Shown: positions 1 through 10,480 of the stretch, piece after piece | How positions within the stretch are numbered: the stretch's first letter is position 1 | How the letters are laid out: the number at the start of each line of letters is the position of its first letter | DNA from: an uncultured delta proteobacterium | GTDB taxonomy: Bacteria; Desulfobacterota; Desulfobacteria; Desulfobacterales; Desulfatirhabdiaceae | Assembly: GCA_963789395.1 (NCBI GenBank) | Contig: CAWBKP010000012.1 | Span: 32,001 to 96,000, forward strand | Reading direction: 5' to 3' | DNA: 64,000 nt | The notes under the pieces: generated by a model | Told to the model about the DNA's origin: nothing | Databases searched by the model: none | The model's input: only the letters and a program-made list of their open reading frames with translations | Position numbers and translations under genes: made by a program

Positions 1-91
1 TTTTTCATTGAATTCATATCAACAAAGTTCTATAGATTCACTATGAGGCGTTTTTCAGGACAACAGAAGCTTTTTTTGTCGGGAGAAAATT

Positions 92-358
92 ATGGCTGTC
101 GGGTGGGCCCGAGATGGGGCTGTTCAGGATCAGATTGATGCAAGCGTAAAAGATGCGGTAAGCCTTGCCAGGAGTCGGTTGCCTCATGGCGAGAGCTTGA
201 CGAATTGTATGGAATGCGGAGACATTATTCCGGAGGCTCGCCGCAAAGCGATTCCAGGGGTTTGTTTGTGCATTGTATGTCAGTCGGAACTCGAAACGAA
301 ACAGACCGAATCTGGCGGTTACAACCGACGCGGCAGCAAAGACAGTCAATTAAAGTAA
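92..358 (+). CDS. DksA/TraR family C4 zinc-finger protein (YbiI-like)
   Basis: MAVGWARDGAVQDQID N-terminus; CMEC...IPEARRKAIPGV.LCIVCQ zinc finger; NRRGSKDSQLK end; RBS GGGAG. Confidence 0.9.
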   Translation: MAVGWARDGAVQDQIDASVKDAVSLARSRLPHGESLTNCMECGDIIPEARRKAIPGVCLCIVCQSELETKQTESGGYNRRGSKDSQLK

Positions 359-436
359 TCCTTGTCATGGGTGTATCCGGGAATTTAAAAAATATTTGCA
401 GACATGGTCAACATAAACGAATAAGGAGGCGACGAT

Positions 437-1033
437 ATGTATGCATTAGCCATAAACGGAAGTCCGCGTCAGGGTGGGAATACTGAGCAGCTTTTGAAGA
501 CGGTACTCGGTGAGTTAACTGCGGCCGGCTGGGAAACCGAGCTTGTAAAGATTGGTGGCACGGCCATCCGAGGCTGCCTTGCCTGCGGAAAGTGTTTTGA
601 GACGAAAGACAATCAATGTGCCACGAAAAAGGATAAATTCAACGAATTCTTTGCAAAGATGTTGCAGGCCGATGCCATAATATTGGGCTCCCCGACCTAT
701 TTTGCGGCGGTATCCGCCGACTTGAAAGCATTGATTGAACGGGCCGGTTTTGTTGCCATTGCCAATGATCACGCTTTTTCGGGAAAAATCGGGGCGGCAG
801 TCGTGGCTGTCAGACGCGGCGGCGCCACACATGCCTATGACACGATCAACCACATGTTTCAGATGTCCAGGATGGTCATTCCCTGCTCAACATATTGGAA
901 TATGGGTTTTGGTCTGGATAAAGGAGACGTGCTTGGGGACGCGGAAGGCTTGGCAAACATGCGCCACCTTGGAAAAAGCATCGATTGGCTGGGCAGGGCT
1001 ATTAAACCCCATATTGCAAGCTACCCAAAGTGA
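437..1033 (+). CDS. Iron-sulfur flavoprotein / NADPH-dependent FMN reductase family
   Basis: INGSPRQGGNT FMN loop; CLACGKC...C motif; GSPTYF; RRGG; RBS AAGGAGG. Confidence 0.9.
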   Translation: MYALAINGSPRQGGNTEQLLKTVLGELTAAGWETELVKIGGTAIRGCLACGKCFETKDNQCATKKDKFNEFFAKMLQADAIILGSPTYFAAVSADLKALIERAGFVAIANDHAFSGKIGAAVVAVRRGGATHAYDTINHMFQMSRMVIPCSTYWNMGFGLDKGDVLGDAEGLANMRHLGKSIDWLGRAIKPHIASYPK

Positions 1034-1131
1034 TGACGCAGAACGCCGGTAGCAAGGCAGACCAGTCCCAAATCAATTGACAAGTATTCCTGAAGCGTCA
1101 AACAGCGTCACTCAAAACGAAGGATGTACAC

Positions 1132-1599
1132 ATGCAAGAACCGCCTATCACCCATCTTGAACGTCGCAAGATTGAGGCAGGGGTATTGATTCCCATGGTT
1201 CAAGCCTTTCAGCAAGCTTTTGGGAAGGAGCGGGCGAATGAAATCTCCCGGGAAGTCATCATGGCGCTAGCTCGAAAAGACGGCGAACGATGGGCCCGGC
1301 AGTTCGGGACTGATCTGGAAGCGATGGAACAGGTCACCGGCGTCTGGGCGGGCGGAGGCAGTCTTGATATTGAGCCTGTCGGAAAGTCAGAGGACAGACT
1401 TGACTTCAACGTAGTACGCTGCCGGTATGCGGAGTTCTATAAAGAGCTCGGCCTCACCGAACTTGGTTATTTATTCCATTGCAACCGGGATTTCGGAATG
1501 GTGGAAGGATTCAGTCCCGATCTCACGCTGAAACGAACTCAAACTATCATGCAAGGTGCCGCTTATTGTGATTTTCGTTTCATGCGGAAAGCCATTTGA
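1132..1599 (+). CDS. L-2-amino-thiazoline-4-carboxylate hydrolase-like protein
   Basis: FNVVRCRYAEFYKELG, CNRD, LKRTQTIMQGAAYCDFRF motifs. Confidence 0.85.
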   Translation: MQEPPITHLERRKIEAGVLIPMVQAFQQAFGKERANEISREVIMALARKDGERWARQFGTDLEAMEQVTGVWAGGGSLDIEPVGKSEDRLDFNVVRCRYAEFYKELGLTELGYLFHCNRDFGMVEGFSPDLTLKRTQTIMQGAAYCDFRFMRKAI

Positions 1600-1766
1600 A
1601 CAGGTGCGGTCCATTCGGCATTGTCCCAAGGCTGTTTCTATTTAAGGATTTTCATAGAATCTCTTTTCAACTATCGTAAAAAACGCAGTTTGTCTGTAAT
1701 AAAGCAGTACGGTTGATTAGGATGGTGTTCCCGGATTACCCAATAACTATGAAGGAGGGTTTTTCG

Positions 1767-4334
1767 ATGAGTGATAAAAACACGATAGAAGGCTTTCACG
1801 AAATAACACTCGATGTCAACCGGAAGGAGTACAAGGTATCCGCTCAAAGTGAGACGCCGCTTTTGTGGGTTATCCGGGAACAGCTCCATCTTACGGGGAC
1901 AAAATACGGATGCGGCATCGGACGCTGCGGTGCCTGTACCGTGCTTGTGGACGGAAAAGCCGTCCGATCCTGCCTCACGCCCGTTTCCAAGGCAGCAGGA
2001 AAGCAGATCACGACCATTGAGGGGCTTTCACACCACGGAGATCACCCCCTTCAAAGGGCCTGGATCGAACAGGATGTTCCCCAGTGCGGCTACTGCCACT
2101 CGGGCCAGATCATGAGCGCTGCGGCGCTTGTGGCGGAACATCCGAATCCGACTGATGCAGATATAGACCGTGCCTTGTCCGGAAATACCTGTCGATGCGG
2201 AACCTATCAGCGGATCCGAGATGCCGTGCACCGGACGGGCGGGATGAAGGCGGAAGCAGGGCAGGGGACGATAGCGTGTTCAACGGGCGCCGATGCGAAT
2301 GGGAGGGAAGAGATCTGCCTGAACCCGTTCATTCGCATCGGCCCCGATGAATCGGTTACCCTGACCATCAATCATTCTGAAATGGGACAAGGAGTGTACA
2401 CGGCCTTGTCCATGCTCATGGCCGAAGAGCTCGAATGCGATTGGACGAAAATCCGCGTCGAAGCGGCGCCGGTGGACCCCGCGTACAATCACACCCAATT
2501 CGGGATGCAGCTCACCGGCGGCAGCTCGAGTATGGCAAGCGAGTGGGAGCGGCTGCGCAGGGTCGGTGCAGCTGCCAGAGAGATGCTTATTGCCGCTGCA
2601 GCCGAGCTTTGGAAAGTGGACCGGAAGAGCTGCCGCGCTGAAAACGGGGCCGTGATTCATTCCGGCGGAAAAAGACTCACCTACGGCCAGCTATCTAAGA
2701 CTGCGGCCTTGATTTCTGAGCCTTTGGAAGTCAGGTTGAAGGAACCTGCGGCATTCCGGATCATCGGCCATCCCGTCAAACGAATCGATACGCCTGAGAA
2801 GACCGTCGGAAAGGGAGTTTTCGGCATCGACGTCGAGATCCCCGGTATGCTGACTGCTGTGATTGCGCGGCCGCCCGTATTCGGGGCAAAGGTGGTGAGC
2901 TTCAGTGCCGACAAGGCCCTGGCCTTTCCCGGCGTTAGAAAAGTGGTTCAAATGCCGACCGGCGTGGCGGTGGTTGCCGATGGATTCTGGTCGGCAAGCC
3001 GTGGCCGGGAAGCGCTTGATATCGTCTGGGACGAAGGTCCTACTGCATCGCTTTCTACGGAAGGCATGCGCAAAGCGTATGCGGAGCTGGCCCAAAAAGG
3101 CGGTGCAGTCGCCAGAAAAGACGGCGACGCGGAACAGGCCTTTCGGCAGGCGTCCAAACGGATCAGCGCCGCGTATGAAGTCCCGTATTTGGCCCACGCG
3201 ACCATGGAACCCTTGAACTGCCTGGTTGATCTGCGAACGGATAGTTGTGAGATCTGGACCGGCAGTCAGGCCCAGACCCTGGATCGCGATGCCGCGGCGC
3301 ATGCTGCCGGTTTGAACCCGGACCGTGTGAAACTCCATACCACCTTACTTGGCGGCGGTTTCGGACGCCGCGCAAACCCCAACTCGGATTTCGTGGTGGA
3401 GGCCGTACAGGTGGCCAAAGCCGCAGGGCGGCCGGTCAAGGTGATCTGGACCCGGGAAGACGACATGAAGGGCGGCTGGTACCGACCCATGTGGTATGAC
3501 CGGATTGCCGGCGGGCTCGATAATGATGGAAAGATCACAGGCTGGCATCACACCATTGTCGGTCAGTCAATCATGGCCGGAACGCTTTTTGAAGGGATGA
3601 TCAGCGACGGCATTGATCCGGCTTCGGTCGAAGGGGCGGCTGATATCCCCTACGCGATACCGAACCTTCTCGTGGACTTGCACAGCCCGAAGAGCACGGT
3701 TTCGGTGCAGTGGTGGCGGTCGGTGGGTCACTCCCATACGGCGTTTGTTGTCGAGAGCTTCATCGATGAGCTGGCGCATGCGGCAGGAAAGGATCCGTAT
3801 GCGTTCCGCCATCGGATGCTTGACGATCATCCGCGGCACAGGGCCGTACTGGAACTGGCCGCAGAGAAAGCCGGCTGGGGCACTTCGTTACCGGAAGGGC
3901 GCGGCAGGGGGATGGCCGTTCACAGCTCCTTCGGCAGTTTTGTGGCTCAGGTGGCGGAGGTATCCGTCAGCACCGAAGGGAAAGTTTACGTACACAGCGT
4001 GGTGTGCGCCGTGGACTGCGGCAGGGTGACGAACCCGAACACGGTCGAAGCCCAGATGGAAGGCGGCATCGTTTTCGGTCTCACGGCAGCCCTGCATGGC
4101 GCCATCACCTTGAAAAACGGTCGCGTGCAGCAGAGCAATTTCAATGATTATCCCCTGCTGACCATGAAGGAAATGCCGAAAGTTAAGGTTTACATCGTGC
4201 AAAGCAATGCGCCGCCAAGCGGTGTGGGAGAGCCGGGTGTGCCGCCCATCGCTCCGGCTGTCACAAACGCCGTCTTTGCCCTGACAGGAAAGCGCATCCG
4301 CCGTCTTCCCATACGACCCGAAGAATTTGCTTAA
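1767..4334 (+). CDS. Fused (2Fe-2S) + molybdopterin-binding oxidoreductase, isoquinoline 1-oxidoreductase alpha/beta (IorAB) type
   Basis: [16 protein letters not shown] and QCGYC...CRCG Fe-S motifs, then [25 protein letters not shown] in one frame; ATG 1767 follows GAAGGAGG. Confidence 0.9.
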   Translation: MSDKNTIEGFHEITLDVNRKEYKVSAQSETPLLWVIREQLHLTGTKYGCGIGRCGACTVLVDGKAVRSCLTPVSKAAGKQITTIEGLSHHGDHPLQRAWIEQDVPQCGYCHSGQIMSAAALVAEHPNPTDADIDRALSGNTCRCGTYQRIRDAVHRTGGMKAEAGQGTIACSTGADANGREEICLNPFIRIGPDESVTLTINHSEMGQGVYTALSMLMAEELECDWTKIRVEAAPVDPAYNHTQFGMQLTGGSSSMASEWERLRRVGAAAREMLIAAAAELWKVDRKSCRAENGAVIHSGGKRLTYGQLSKTAALISEPLEVRLKEPAAFRIIGHPVKRIDTPEKTVGKGVFGIDVEIPGMLTAVIARPPVFGAKVVSFSADKALAFPGVRKVVQMPTGVAVVADGFWSASRGREALDIVWDEGPTASLSTEGMRKAYAELAQKGGAVARKDGDAEQAFRQASKRISAAYEVPYLAHATMEPLNCLVDLRTDSCEIWTGSQAQTLDRDAAAHAAGLNPDRVKLHTTLLGGGFGRRANPNSDFVVEAVQVAKAAGRPVKVIWTREDDMKGGWYRPMWYDRIAGGLDNDGKITGWHHTIVGQSIMAGTLFEGMISDGIDPASVEGAADIPYAIPNLLVDLHSPKSTVSVQWWRSVGHSHTAFVVESFIDELAHAAGKDPYAFRHRMLDDHPRHRAVLELAAEKAGWGTSLPEGRGRGMAVHSSFGSFVAQVAEVSVSTEGKVYVHSVVCAVDCGRVTNPNTVEAQMEGGIVFGLTAALHGAITLKNGRVQQSNFNDYPLLTMKEMPKVKVYIVQSNAPPSGVGEPGVPPIAPAVTNAVFALTGKRIRRLPIRPEEFA

Positions 4335-4348
4335 AGAATGTCGAACGG

Positions 4349-5443
4349 CTATTTCATGGCTGATTTTCCGCCATGCACTTCGCCGCTGTATAGCCTGCCA
4401 TTTCCGGTCTTGAGGAAATCGATAAGGGAGATATCCTCCTGCCTGATGAACCCCCTGTCCGGCAGCGTTCCATTGTTGACCATCTCAATCACGGCACAGG
4501 CAGATGCCGCTGTTGTCCACGAAATGGCACGCCAGCGTTTTCCGTCAATATCGATGGGATAATAGGCATTGACAAATTCGTCACGGAACAGATGTATCCC
4601 CTTTAGGCCCTCGGCAGAGGCATGGATGTATACCACATCTTCATTGACGGGTGGTTTTGCGTTGGTGAGAATCTCTCCGGCTTTTTTGCGGTCTTCCCGC
4701 ATGAGAAGTTCATGAAAGAAAAAATTCATCTGCTGAACATGCCCGGGATAACGGATACTTTTATAATCCAGGTTGTCCACTTTTCCCAGAAACGTATCGC
4801 ACATGGTTCCCAGCCCGCCGGAAGTCGTAAATGCCTCGAGCTGCATGCCGTGGATATAGAGCTTCTCGATCCATTCCATCGGTGAGACCCACTTGTGCTG
4901 TCCGTTTTCAATCACTTCACAATCATTGAGATACTCGTTCACAACCCCTTCCGGGGACCAGTTAAAGGCATATGCAAGCAGACCCGTAGGATTCTGGGGA
5001 AGCGCGCCGACTCTGAGTTTGATACTCCTGACTTTGGTAAATCCGGCAGCCAGGGATGCTCCGACAATGGCGATGAAACCCGGGGCAAGGCCGCACTGGG
5101 GCGACATGACTGCCCTGGCTGTTCGGCTCATTTCGATGATTGCTTTTGTGGTCGGGACATCTTCCGTCAGATCAAAATAGTGGACGCCCAGCTTGTGAGC
5201 AGCGGTTGCCATCACAAGGTTATATTTATAGGGCAAACAGGATATCACGGCGTCAAATTTATTTAATTCGTCTGAAAAGCATAAATCAGCCATATCGGTC
5301 GTCATGACAGGAAACGGCAGACCGTTTTTTGCCTGCATGTCTGCGCCTGTTACCGTAAATCCTGTTTTGTCAAGCAGGGTACCCACAAGACTTCCCACTT
5401 TTCCAAGTCCCAATACGATAATCGAATTAATTTTCATATGCAT
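4349..5443 (-). CDS. Saccharopine dehydrogenase / lysine 6-dehydrogenase family
   Basis: VLGLGKVG Rossmann; HYFDLTED; PQCGLAPG; WSPEGVVNEY; LEAFTTSGG; YKSIRYPGH. Confidence 0.85.
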   Translation of the reverse strand: MHMKINSIIVLGLGKVGSLVGTLLDKTGFTVTGADMQAKNGLPFPVMTTDMADLCFSDELNKFDAVISCLPYKYNLVMATAAHKLGVHYFDLTEDVPTTKAIIEMSRTARAVMSPQCGLAPGFIAIVGASLAAGFTKVRSIKLRVGALPQNPTGLLAYAFNWSPEGVVNEYLNDCEVIENGQHKWVSPMEWIEKLYIHGMQLEAFTTSGGLGTMCDTFLGKVDNLDYKSIRYPGHVQQMNFFFHELLMREDRKKAGEILTNAKPPVNEDVVYIHASAEGLKGIHLFRDEFVNAYYPIDIDGKRWRAISWTTAASACAVIEMVNNGTLPDRGFIRQEDISLIDFLKTGNGRLYSGEVHGGKSAMK

Positions 5444-5604
5444 TTATTCCTTCTTTTTGATATAACGGCATTACTCAGATAGGTACTTCCCGTGTCGGAC
5501 CCTGACCGGTGACTGCATGCATGAAAAAAATGCGCAATGACAGGGTGAATTGTGACATTAGCATGATGTTCTCTTTAATTGGATTTAAATATCAGCAATG
5601 ACTG

Positions 5605-7608
5605 ATGGGACTCCAGATCCGACGTCGCCGGCCGCCGCACTCAACAGGAACCGTGCCCGGCACGCCAAAGCACTTTCTTCGGCAGGTGATTCGCCTCGCG
5701 GGTATGTATTGGAACTGCGAAAGGCGCACGAAAGTCCGAAGCGTAACACTGCTGCTGCTGCTGCTCACCATGGGACAGGTCGGTCTCATGGTATGGGTCA
5801 ATTACTGGAATCGAGCGCTGTTCGATGCGCTTGAACAGCGCTCGATTCATGGCCTGCTTCTCCAGGTGGCGGTCTTTGCGCTGATCTTCGTCATCACGAT
5901 CGGCGTCACGGCGGCGCACCTGCTTGTCAAACGCTGGCTGATGATCGACTGCCGTGCCTGGCTCACCGAGCAGTTGGTTGCAAGCTGGATGGAAAACGGT
6001 CGCCACTACCGGCTGCTCTTCAGTGCCGGCAACCTCGACAACCCCGACCAGCGCATTGCCGAGGACATCCGCATCGCAACGGAAAGTACGATCGCCTTGG
6101 CACACTCGCTGATCTACTGCCTGATAACCATCGGTCTTTTTATCGACATCCTGTGGTCGGTATCGGGCACGATCATCATGCCTGGCACCCATGTTCAGGT
6201 TCCGGGCTACATGGTGCCGCTGGCTTTCATCTACGCGGTTCTGGGCAGCACGATCAGCTGGATGATCGGCCGCCCGCTGGTGCGTGCGACAAACGCCCTG
6301 CAGGCAGCCGAGGCGACATACCGCTTCGGGCTGTCACGGGCTCGGGAGAACACGGAAGCGATTGCGCTCTTGCGCGGCGAGCCGATTGAGCGCGCCAGTG
6401 CATCGGTGCGATTTGGCCGGATCGTGCGCGAATGGGATCGGCAGTCACTTGCGTACATGGGACTTGTTTCATTCGGAGCAGGATACGGTGCGCTGCTGCC
6501 GGTATTTCCGATCCTGGTTGCAGCGCCCCAGTATATCCACGGTGCAATGTCACTCGGCATACTGATGCAGGCCGCGCAGGCCTTCCAGCGCCTGACGTCC
6601 GCACTTTCCTGGCCGGTGGACAACATCGGCGAGATCGCACGCTGCCGCGCTTCGGCCGACCGCGTCTTATCACTATACGAGGGCATGCAGCAGCTGGATG
6701 CAGACGCTCAGGCGCCGAGCACCCAACGCATCGTTCTGGAGCGATCGGAGCGCGCACACCTGGTGATCGAGGATCTGTGCATCACCGAACCCTCCGGTCA
6801 CATCCTGCTCGAACACTTCAATGTTGACATCCGCCGCGGCGAAAGGGTGCAGATCGAGGGGAATTCCGCAGTGACGGGCAGCCTGTTCAAGGTGATCAGC
6901 GGTCTCTGGCCCTGGGGCAGCGGGCGGGTGCGGCTGCCGGTTGACGGCGGCATCCTGTTCGTTGCCCAGCGTCCCTTCCTGCCTGATGGCACACTGCGCG
7001 AAGCGCTCTGCTACCCTAACCCCCCAGATGCCTACACCGATTCCGCCATCCGCCACGCGCTCGAATGCATGGGCCTGGCATGGCTTGCCCAGCGCATGGA
7101 CGAGCCGGATAACTGGGAGCAGGTGCTGCCGCAGCGTGCCCAGCAGCGGCTCGGCATCGCACGCGTTCTGCTCCAGCGGCCGGCCTGGGTGTTCCTGCAG
7201 GAGGCCACCGACTCCTTTGACCTCAAGGGAGAGCGGCTGATCCTGGAGATGCTCCATCGCGAATTGCCCAATACGACGCTGCTGAACATCAGCTTCCATC
7301 CGGGTCTCAGGCATCTGCACCACCGCACGCTGCTTCTGAGCCGGGTGCACGAAACAAAAGTCCTGTTAAACGGGCAAGCAGGGAATCAGCGGCGGCGTTC
7401 ATTGAAATCGCGGCGGCAGCCAGCCTCTCTCGACGCACTCGCGAAAGCACCACTCCGGTGTGGTCTCGGTGCGGTAGCTCCAGAAAAACCAGCCGCGGTA
7501 AAGCTCGAAAGTAAGAAGCTGTGCGGCGCCGTATGCGCGGTATGCGACGTCCTGCTGGAACTTGTCCATGCTCTGCAGCGCGTGGTCGAACGGCCCCTCC
7601 GCCCATAG
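5605..7608 (+). CDS. YddA/BclA-type fused ABC permease + degenerate ATPase domain
   Basis: NYWNRALFDALE, LDNPDQRIAED, EAA-like loop, GLWPWGSG, FVAQRPFLP.GTLREALCYP; Walker A, signature and Walker B degenerate. Confidence 0.85.
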   Translation: MGLQIRRRRPPHSTGTVPGTPKHFLRQVIRLAGMYWNCERRTKVRSVTLLLLLLTMGQVGLMVWVNYWNRALFDALEQRSIHGLLLQVAVFALIFVITIGVTAAHLLVKRWLMIDCRAWLTEQLVASWMENGRHYRLLFSAGNLDNPDQRIAEDIRIATESTIALAHSLIYCLITIGLFIDILWSVSGTIIMPGTHVQVPGYMVPLAFIYAVLGSTISWMIGRPLVRATNALQAAEATYRFGLSRARENTEAIALLRGEPIERASASVRFGRIVREWDRQSLAYMGLVSFGAGYGALLPVFPILVAAPQYIHGAMSLGILMQAAQAFQRLTSALSWPVDNIGEIARCRASADRVLSLYEGMQQLDADAQAPSTQRIVLERSERAHLVIEDLCITEPSGHILLEHFNVDIRRGERVQIEGNSAVTGSLFKVISGLWPWGSGRVRLPVDGGILFVAQRPFLPDGTLREALCYPNPPDAYTDSAIRHALECMGLAWLAQRMDEPDNWEQVLPQRAQQRLGIARVLLQRPAWVFLQEATDSFDLKGERLILEMLHRELPNTTLLNISFHPGLRHLHHRTLLLSRVHETKVLLNGQAGNQRRRSLKSRRQPASLDALAKAPLRCGLGAVAPEKPAAVKLESKKLCGAVCAVCDVLLELVHALQRVVERPLRP

Positions 7609-8520
7609 CGATACGACTTCCAGATCAAGCCCCAGACTCCATTCACCAACGATTGTGGGAAGCATCAGCTCGCGCCGGATATCGTCGGCCTCCTGACGCC
7701 ACTGGTCTCCTGCCTTGTGCAGGTGGCCGTGTATGTCCATTTCGATTTCCTCGCGGGCAAAGCACTGGTAGCGGTGTATGTCGTAGATCACGTTCTCGTA
7801 CTGCGGCGGCTGCATGAAGCCCAGATACTCGTGGTGGGAGCGGAATCCGTCATGAAAAGCGATCGCCACGCGCTCCGGCGGGCAGTGCGCACGGATCGCA
7901 TCATAAGCACGCAGGTAGTACGCTTTGAGAAAATCAGTGGGAACATCCCAGCGCGGTTCGTTGAGCAGTTGAATGCCGTAAAGGGCGGGCGCTGTGCGGT
8001 AGCGTTCGGCAAGCCGTCCCAGTACCTCGACCGAATGCGTTATGTATTCCTCGCGTGTGTGCCATTCGCAGACATCCTTGATGCCGCCGTTGTCAAAGCC
8101 GTTCTGGCAGCCGGGAGCCGCGTGGAGGTCGAGTAGGATACAAATGCCGAATTCCTCTGCCCAGTCGAATGCACGGTCCAGCACCTCGATGCCGCCTTCG
8201 ACAAAAGGATGCGGGTTTGCGCCGTATTTGCCGTGATACGGATACGGCGGGCCGAAGATCCAGTGGCCGAGCGGGATGCGCACGGCGTTGATGCCCACCC
8301 CTGCAAGCCATGCAAAATCCTCTCGCGTGATGAAGCTCTCCCAGTGGGCGCGCAGCCTCACCGGCGCCTCCGCACCCAGTTCCACGCACCAGGTGGTCTC
8401 ATCCGTGGCCGCGAGCCCCTCAAACAGGCTCGGGGCCATCCATTTTTCCAGCAACAGCCAGCCGCCGAGATTGACGCCACGGAGGCGGGCAGGGGAGTTT
8501 GACGTGACAGTATCCGACAT
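7399..8520 (-). CDS. Glycoside hydrolase family 5, exo-beta-1,3-glucanase-like
   Basis: LRGVNLGGWLLLEKWM, VRIPLGHW, LDLHAAPGCQNGFDNGG, NEP acid/base, DIHRY, VGEWS nucleophile, WFFWSY; the upstream ORF extension is AT-rich intergenic DNA. Confidence 0.9.
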   Translation of the reverse strand: MSDTVTSNSPARLRGVNLGGWLLLEKWMAPSLFEGLAATDETTWCVELGAEAPVRLRAHWESFITREDFAWLAGVGINAVRIPLGHWIFGPPYPYHGKYGANPHPFVEGGIEVLDRAFDWAEEFGICILLDLHAAPGCQNGFDNGGIKDVCEWHTREEYITHSVEVLGRLAERYRTAPALYGIQLLNEPRWDVPTDFLKAYYLRAYDAIRAHCPPERVAIAFHDGFRSHHEYLGFMQPPQYENVIYDIHRYQCFAREEIEMDIHGHLHKAGDQWRQEADDIRRELMLPTIVGEWSLGLDLEVVSLWAEGPFDHALQSMDKFQQDVAYRAYGAAQLLTFELYRGWFFWSYRTETTPEWCFRECVERGWLPPRFQ

Positions 8521-8850
8521 GGCAATATCTCGCATTCCCATCAGCGCATTTCCTATACCCAAAGCAGGTACCGCCGATGGATTGGAACCTGCTTTGGGAG
8601 AAAGAATGTAAGTATCTATTGATATAGATTCATATTGTTTATTGCAACAGCAAATCATACATTCTTCATTCGTAACATTCTGATCACCTTCGAATAGAAA
8701 ATAACTTCCCTTTGAGGGAAAATATTTCATTAAATGGGAACAATTGACCGGTTTTTTTGCAAATTCGGTTCCGGCTCTGGTATTATTAAAAAAATTATAA
8801 AATTGTTCCAGAATTTCGGATTTCAATAATGAACGAAAGGATGAACCATC

Positions 8851-9696
8851 ATGGAAGAACATATCCCAACCGCATTGCGGTTTTCCCATAAGCAGCGGTA
8901 TGTCAAATTGTCGCCCGGTCAAGTTAAAAAGATCATGGTGATCCAGGGGAGTCCCAGAAAAGAGGGGACCAGTAAAACCGACATTCTGGCCAAGGCCTTT
9001 ATCGAAGGCGCCCGGAAAGCAGGTGCCGAATCCGAAACCATTTACCTTCGGGAAAAGAAAATCAAACAGTGCCAGGGATGCTATACCTGCTGGACCAAAA
9101 CACCGGGCAAATGTATATTTAATGACGATGTGGCCGACATCATGAAAAAATCAAATGAGGCAGACCTGGTGGTGTTTGCCTCTCCGCTGTATCATTTTGG
9201 TATCATCGCATTGATGAAGAAATACATCGAGCGGACACTTCCTATGATTCAGCCATTTCTGATCACAAGAGAAGACGGCAAAACCACCCACCCCCACAGA
9301 AAAGGGTATAAGGACACCAAAAATATCGTGATCATCGGCGTCTGCGGGTTTCCGGAGGTGGCACATTTTGGCGCGTTTTCCGCGAATTTTCACTACATTT
9401 CAAATGCCGGCGGGGATCATGGATACAATATCGTCGCTGAAATCTACAGGCCATTGTCTGAAGTGCTGAATAACCCGTTTTATCAGGCGGAAACCGACAG
9501 GATCCTGAAACTGGCGCAAACTGCAGGATATGATGTGGTCAAAAAAGGTTTTATCGATGCGTCCGTGATCAATGAGATTGCGGACGTTCGGCTGAATAAG
9601 AAAGAAGTATTCGAAATGGCCAATCTGGCCTGGGAAGCCTGCATCAAGGAATCCATGACTATGGGCGAATTTCAGGAAAAGCTCTTGGGAATTTAG
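8851..9696 (+). CDS. Flavodoxin-like NAD(P)H-dependent FMN reductase / Fe-S flavoprotein
   Basis: IQGSPRK, CQGCYTCW..TPGKC, ASPLY. Confidence 0.85.
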   Translation: MEEHIPTALRFSHKQRYVKLSPGQVKKIMVIQGSPRKEGTSKTDILAKAFIEGARKAGAESETIYLREKKIKQCQGCYTCWTKTPGKCIFNDDVADIMKKSNEADLVVFASPLYHFGIIALMKKYIERTLPMIQPFLITREDGKTTHPHRKGYKDTKNIVIIGVCGFPEVAHFGAFSANFHYISNAGGDHGYNIVAEIYRPLSEVLNNPFYQAETDRILKLAQTAGYDVVKKGFIDASVINEIADVRLNKKEVFEMANLAWEACIKESMTMGEFQEKLLGI

Positions 9697-9760
9697 GCGG
9701 CAATGGATTGGAATACCGCCATGTTGAATCGATGGAAGCTGAAAGCAGCGGGAGCGGCAT

Positions 9761-10480
9761 GTGACGGCTCAACGTGTTCTGATTATTGAAGACGATCCCA
9801 ATACTTCCAATCTCGTCCGACTCTACCTGGAACGGGAGGCGTTTGATGTCTTGACGGCCGCAGACGGGGATTCCGGGCTGGCGCTGGCTAAACAGCATGC
9901 CCCGGATCTGGTAATTCTCGATTTGATGCTGCCGCATCTGGACGGCTGGGAGGTTTGCCGCAGATTGAGACAGCAGTCGGATGTCCCGGTAATCATGCTG
10001 ACTGCAAGGGGGGAGGAAATCGACCGCGTGGCAGGTCTGACCCTGGGTGCGGATGACTACGTAGTCAAACCGTTCAGTCCGCGCGAACTGGTGGCACGGG
10101 TAAAGGCTGTTCTTCGTCGTGCGCCCCTGTTGGGACCGAAGACGACATCCCTTTTGACCCATGGCGATGTCCAGCTGGATCTTGAAAAGCGGAGCCTGTC
10201 CGTGTCGGGCAGGCGGGTAGCATTGACCCCCCATGAATACGCCCTGCTGGAAGCGCTGATGTCCTCCCCCGGACGCACTTACACCCGCGACGAGCTTCTG
10301 GCGAGGCTCTACCGCAGGGGAGAGGCCGTGGTGATCGACCGGGTTGTGGATGTGCATGTGGGCAAATTGCGCCAGAAGATCGAAACCGACCCCGCAAATC
10401 CGCTGCTGATTCTGACCGTTCGCGGCATAGGCTACCGATTTGCCGATGACGCTTTTCCCGCGACCGGCAGCACTCCATGA
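9761..10480 (+). CDS. OmpR/PhoB family response regulator
   Basis: IIEDD, LDLMLP, MLTA, GADDYVVKPF receiver; winged helix VDVHVGKLRQK...TVRGIGY. Confidence 0.95.
   Translation: MTAQRVLIIEDDPNTSNLVRLYLEREAFDVLTAADGDSGLALAKQHAPDLVILDLMLPHLDGWEVCRRLRQQSDVPVIMLTARGEEIDRVAGLTLGADDYVVKPFSPRELVARVKAVLRRAPLLGPKTTSLLTHGDVQLDLEKRSLSVSGRRVALTPHEYALLEALMSSPGRTYTRDELLARLYRRGEAVVIDRVVDVHVGKLRQKIETDPANPLLILTVRGIGYRFADDAFPATGSTP

Noticed and set aside
8521..8922. N-terminal extension of the GH5 ORF
   Set aside because: AT-rich, no family similarity, overlaps the divergent gene; start placed at 8520.
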